Source: an uncultured Pseudobdellovibrionaceae bacterium
GTDB lineage: Bacteria > Patescibacteriota > Minisyncoccia > Moranbacterales > GCA-2747515
DNA: 64,000 nt
NCBI GenBank assembly: GCA_964463705.1
Contig: CAYXCH010000021.1
Location: 1,162 to 65,161 of the forward strand
Direction: 5' to 3'
Shown: positions 61,396-64,000 of the stretch, piece after piece
How positions within the stretch are numbered: the first letter of the stretch is position 1
Layout: each line of letters begins with the position of its first letter
Notes under the pieces: generated by a model
The model's input: the letters and a program-made list of their open reading frames with translations, nothing else
Database searches by the model: none
What the model was told of the DNA's origin: nothing
Made by a program: the position numbers and the translations under genes

Positions 61396-62649
61396 CTATG
61401 GGAAAATTTTCTCAAACAGCGTTCGCAACTTTGCCGCCGCGCCACCCAACGGTTGTGTAATCATTGAAGCATGAGAGCGAGCACGGCCAAACACGCCCCC
61501 ATCATTACTATCTCGCAATGCGAACAACGCCGTCCCAACAACAGTTGCATACGCCGGATCATCTACACGGTCAAACATTCCTCCCAATGGTTGCGGCTCT
61601 CCACGACGAACAGGAAGACGCAATACTTCCTTTGCCAATGGAACACAATACGGAATCTTTGCTCCCCCACCGGTTAATACAACACCGCCGGGAAGTAGTT
61701 CCGCCTTCTTAATACGTTGTAATTCCGTTTGAACCAAAGAAAAAATCTCCTCCATGCGCGCCTGAATAATTTGCGCAACATGATACCGTGATACGGTATC
61801 ATTCTCTCGCGGATCCAAGGCGCTCAGATCACATTCCTCACGTCGGTCCACCGCCGCCGCAATCGCCGCCCCATAATTAAGCTTCACCGCTTCCGCCGTC
61901 TCTACAGCTGTTCGTAATCCGATTGCCAAATCATTGGTAACATGTGCCGCACCAATCGGCAATACGGCGGCGTGAATCAATTCACTTTCTTCATACACCG
62001 CCACCGTTGTTGTTGTTGCGCCAATATCTACCACTACAACGCCCAGTTCCCGTGCTTGCTGGTCCAACACACTCTGTGCCACCGCCAACGGCGTGGCGAT
62101 AAAATCATCTTCCCCGATGCCGGCATGGTGAAGCGCCGCCTCCATGGCACGCAATGCCTGTGTCGGCGCATCAATTAACAGCGCCTCCACATCCAGTCGC
62201 ACCCCTTTCATTCCAACGGGATCTTTAACATCTGTCTGATCATCAACACTGTATCGTCGTGGCAGCACATGAATAATCTCCTTATTTGCCGGCAAACTAA
62301 CCGCCTGCGCCGCCATTAACACTCTCTCCACATCATCTGTAGAAATATCTCCATCGGAACGGGAAACAACAACAACACCTTTTGATAGTTGTGCCGTTAT
62401 CTGTGGTGAGCCAATGCTACATACGGCATGAGACGGAATATTCGGCACATGCATTGTCAGTTGTCGCACCACCTGTGTAATACTTTCCGCCGCCACATCC
62501 GGTGCCACCACTGCCCCGCGCCGCACTCCGGCAGATGGAACATCCGCCGCCGCCACAACATACGGCAACTCTTCCCCGCGATCTTCCAATACCACACCGC
62601 GAGTAACGGTTGTTCCACAATCCAATGCCAGTACTCTGTGCTCCCTCAT
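61396..62649 (-). CDS. ftsA: Cell division protein FtsA
   Basis: LDCGT, GVRRGAV, PVGMKGVRL, DIGATTT, VLTGGGA. Confidence 0.94.
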   Translation of the reverse strand: MREHRVLALDCGTTVTRGVVLEDRGEELPYVVAAADVPSAGVRRGAVVAPDVAAESITQVVRQLTMHVPNIPSHAVCSIGSPQITAQLSKGVVVVSRSDGDISTDDVERVLMAAQAVSLPANKEIIHVLPRRYSVDDQTDVKDPVGMKGVRLDVEALLIDAPTQALRAMEAALHHAGIGEDDFIATPLAVAQSVLDQQARELGVVVVDIGATTTTVAVYEESELIHAAVLPIGAAHVTNDLAIGLRTAVETAEAVKLNYGAAIAAAVDRREECDLSALDPRENDTVSRYHVAQIIQARMEEIFSLVQTELQRIKKAELLPGGVVLTGGGAKIPYCVPLAKEVLRLPVRRGEPQPLGGMFDRVDDPAYATVVGTALFALRDSNDGGVFGRARSHASMITQPLGGAAAKLRTLFEKIFP

Positions 62650-62651
62650 AG

Positions 62652-63023
62652 CTACGCTCCCATTATACGCTCACTTACACGATAAGCGACAATACCACCG
62701 CAAACAACGGCGCCGATTGTACAAACCAATACCGCAGCGGCGGCGCTATCTTTTGCTCGCTGCGCCGTTGCGGAATGTTCATCTGTCATTGTATCCACGG
62801 TATTTTCAATTGCCGTATTAATCAATTCCACCACGATGACCGCAATAACAGCCAGGAACATTGCGGATCGTTCTCCCATTGTCAGCGGTGCAACTACCGC
62901 ACACACACCAACACCAAACGCCACCGCCAATTCAATCCGAAAATTGCGCTCTTCTTTTACAGTATACCATATCCCGCATAATGCGTGATACAAACTCTTA
63001 CTGATGGGCGGATTTTTCTCCAT
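62652..63023 (-). CDS. dgkA: Diacylglycerol/undecaprenol kinase
   Basis: ERNFRI, ELINTAIE, AKDSAAAAV. Confidence 0.9.
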   Translation of the reverse strand: MEKNPPISKSLYHALCGIWYTVKEERNFRIELAVAFGVGVCAVVAPLTMGERSAMFLAVIAVIVVELINTAIENTVDTMTDEHSATAQRAKDSAAAAVLVCTIGAVVCGGIVAYRVSERIMGA

Positions 63024-63501
63024 TGTGTATTTCCTCTACAACGCGATCCTGAATGGCGAACATCATTGGTGAATGATCGTATCCCAACAGGTGCAATACG
63101 CCATGGGAAAGCGTATCTGTCATTGCACGATGCACATCCTTACCGTCCATTGTAGCATAGCGCTCAATAGTTGAGAAGGAAAGAATGATATCTCCCAAAA
63201 TCGCAGAAGATGGAACAGGTTCCCCGTCATGACGATTATCCACACCGCGAGCGGGCCGATGAGCAAACGCATCGGCAAACGATAATACATCCGTCGGAGA
63301 ATCAAGGCCTCGATGTTCAGCATTAAGTGCGCGGATTGTTTCATCACGAACAAACACTACCGCCACTTCCACAGACGCGCCAAATGTTACCGCACTGTGT
63401 TGCAGCGTTGTTTGGACCACATAATTCACATACTCCCGTGTACACCACACCGGCACCGACCGATCATCATCCCGAATGTCATGACATACTACATTCATCA
63501 T
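62998..63501 (-). CDS. ybeY: rRNA maturation RNase YbeY
   Basis: PTDVLSF, LGDI, HGVLHLLGYDH. Confidence 0.93.
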   Translation of the reverse strand: MMNVVCHDIRDDDRSVPVWCTREYVNYVVQTTLQHSAVTFGASVEVAVVFVRDETIRALNAEHRGLDSPTDVLSFADAFAHRPARGVDNRHDGEPVPSSAILGDIILSFSTIERYATMDGKDVHRAMTDTLSHGVLHLLGYDHSPMMFAIQDRVVEEIHNGEKSAHQ

Positions 63502-64000
63502 CGTGTCATTGGATCCAACACCTCCCGACGCAGACGCAAAATACTCTCATCATCCAGCAACGATATCGCCAGTACGCGCGGATTTTCTTGAGAAAGCAAC
63601 TCCACCGTCCGCTCCACATCTTCCACGGAACGCTCATCGGAACGAGACACCACTACCCATTCCGGTGTCTTTAACAATGCCGAATTATATCGTCCCAACT
63701 CGGCACGCACCGTTAAATAATCCGCCAACGGATCCGCACTGTCCGCCGCCACAACGTGAAGCAATGTCCGAGTGCGCTCAATATGTTGCAAAAACTTATG
63801 CCCCAACCCTTTTCCATCGGCGGCACCGGCAATCAGTCCGGGTATGTCCGCCAAAATAATTCCATAGTACACCCCCAGATGAGGCTGAAGTGTCGTAAAA
63901 TGATAATTTGCCACCTTACTGTTTGCATTAGTCAATGCATTGAGTAAGCTGGATTTTCCGACATTCGGAAGACCGATAAATCCTATGTCTGCAATCATTT
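63498..64000 (-). CDS. obgE: GTPase ObgE (5'-partial)
   Basis: IADIGFIGLPNVGKSS, YHFTT, DIPGLI, GLGHKFLQHIER. Confidence 0.95.
   Translation of the reverse strand, partial: MIADIGFIGLPNVGKSSLLNALTNANSKVANYHFTTLQPHLGVYYGIILADIPGLIAGAADGKGLGHKFLQHIERTRTLLHVVAADSADPLADYLTVRAELGRYNSALLKTPEWVVVSRSDERSVEDVERTVELLSQENPRVLAISLLDDESILRLRREVLDPMTR

Overview
Chromosomal segment of a Patescibacteria (CPR; Parcubacteria-like) bacterium, judged from 16S signatures, a short SMC, a short AlaRS and typical CPR gene clusters. About 57 kb is housekeeping, mostly on the minus strand: translation, cell wall and division, sugar-nucleotide and glycosyltransferase genes, clpB under a perfect CIRCE, secA, dprA-topA, a stand-alone 16S rRNA gene, and a TasA/SipW fibre operon. 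The left 6.5 kb is a type V CRISPR effector locus with two tandem large RuvC effectors. The first is a divergent 1217-aa Cas12a that keeps a 4-Cys Zn ribbon. One nt downstream begins a second, AT-rich ORF that the ORF track misses because it runs off the window (845 open codons, translated by hand); it carries Cas12a2/Cms1-family motifs. A sigma70 promoter drives the pair through a structured leader with three mutually complementary segments and a terminator, resembling P4 CI / P1 c4 antisense attenuators. No CRISPR array or cas1/cas2 is visible; these may lie beyond the left edge. A candidate ~105-nt sRNA with its own consensus promoter and an anti-SD loop lies between pth and dprA. Family comparisons rest on remembered motifs, not database searches.
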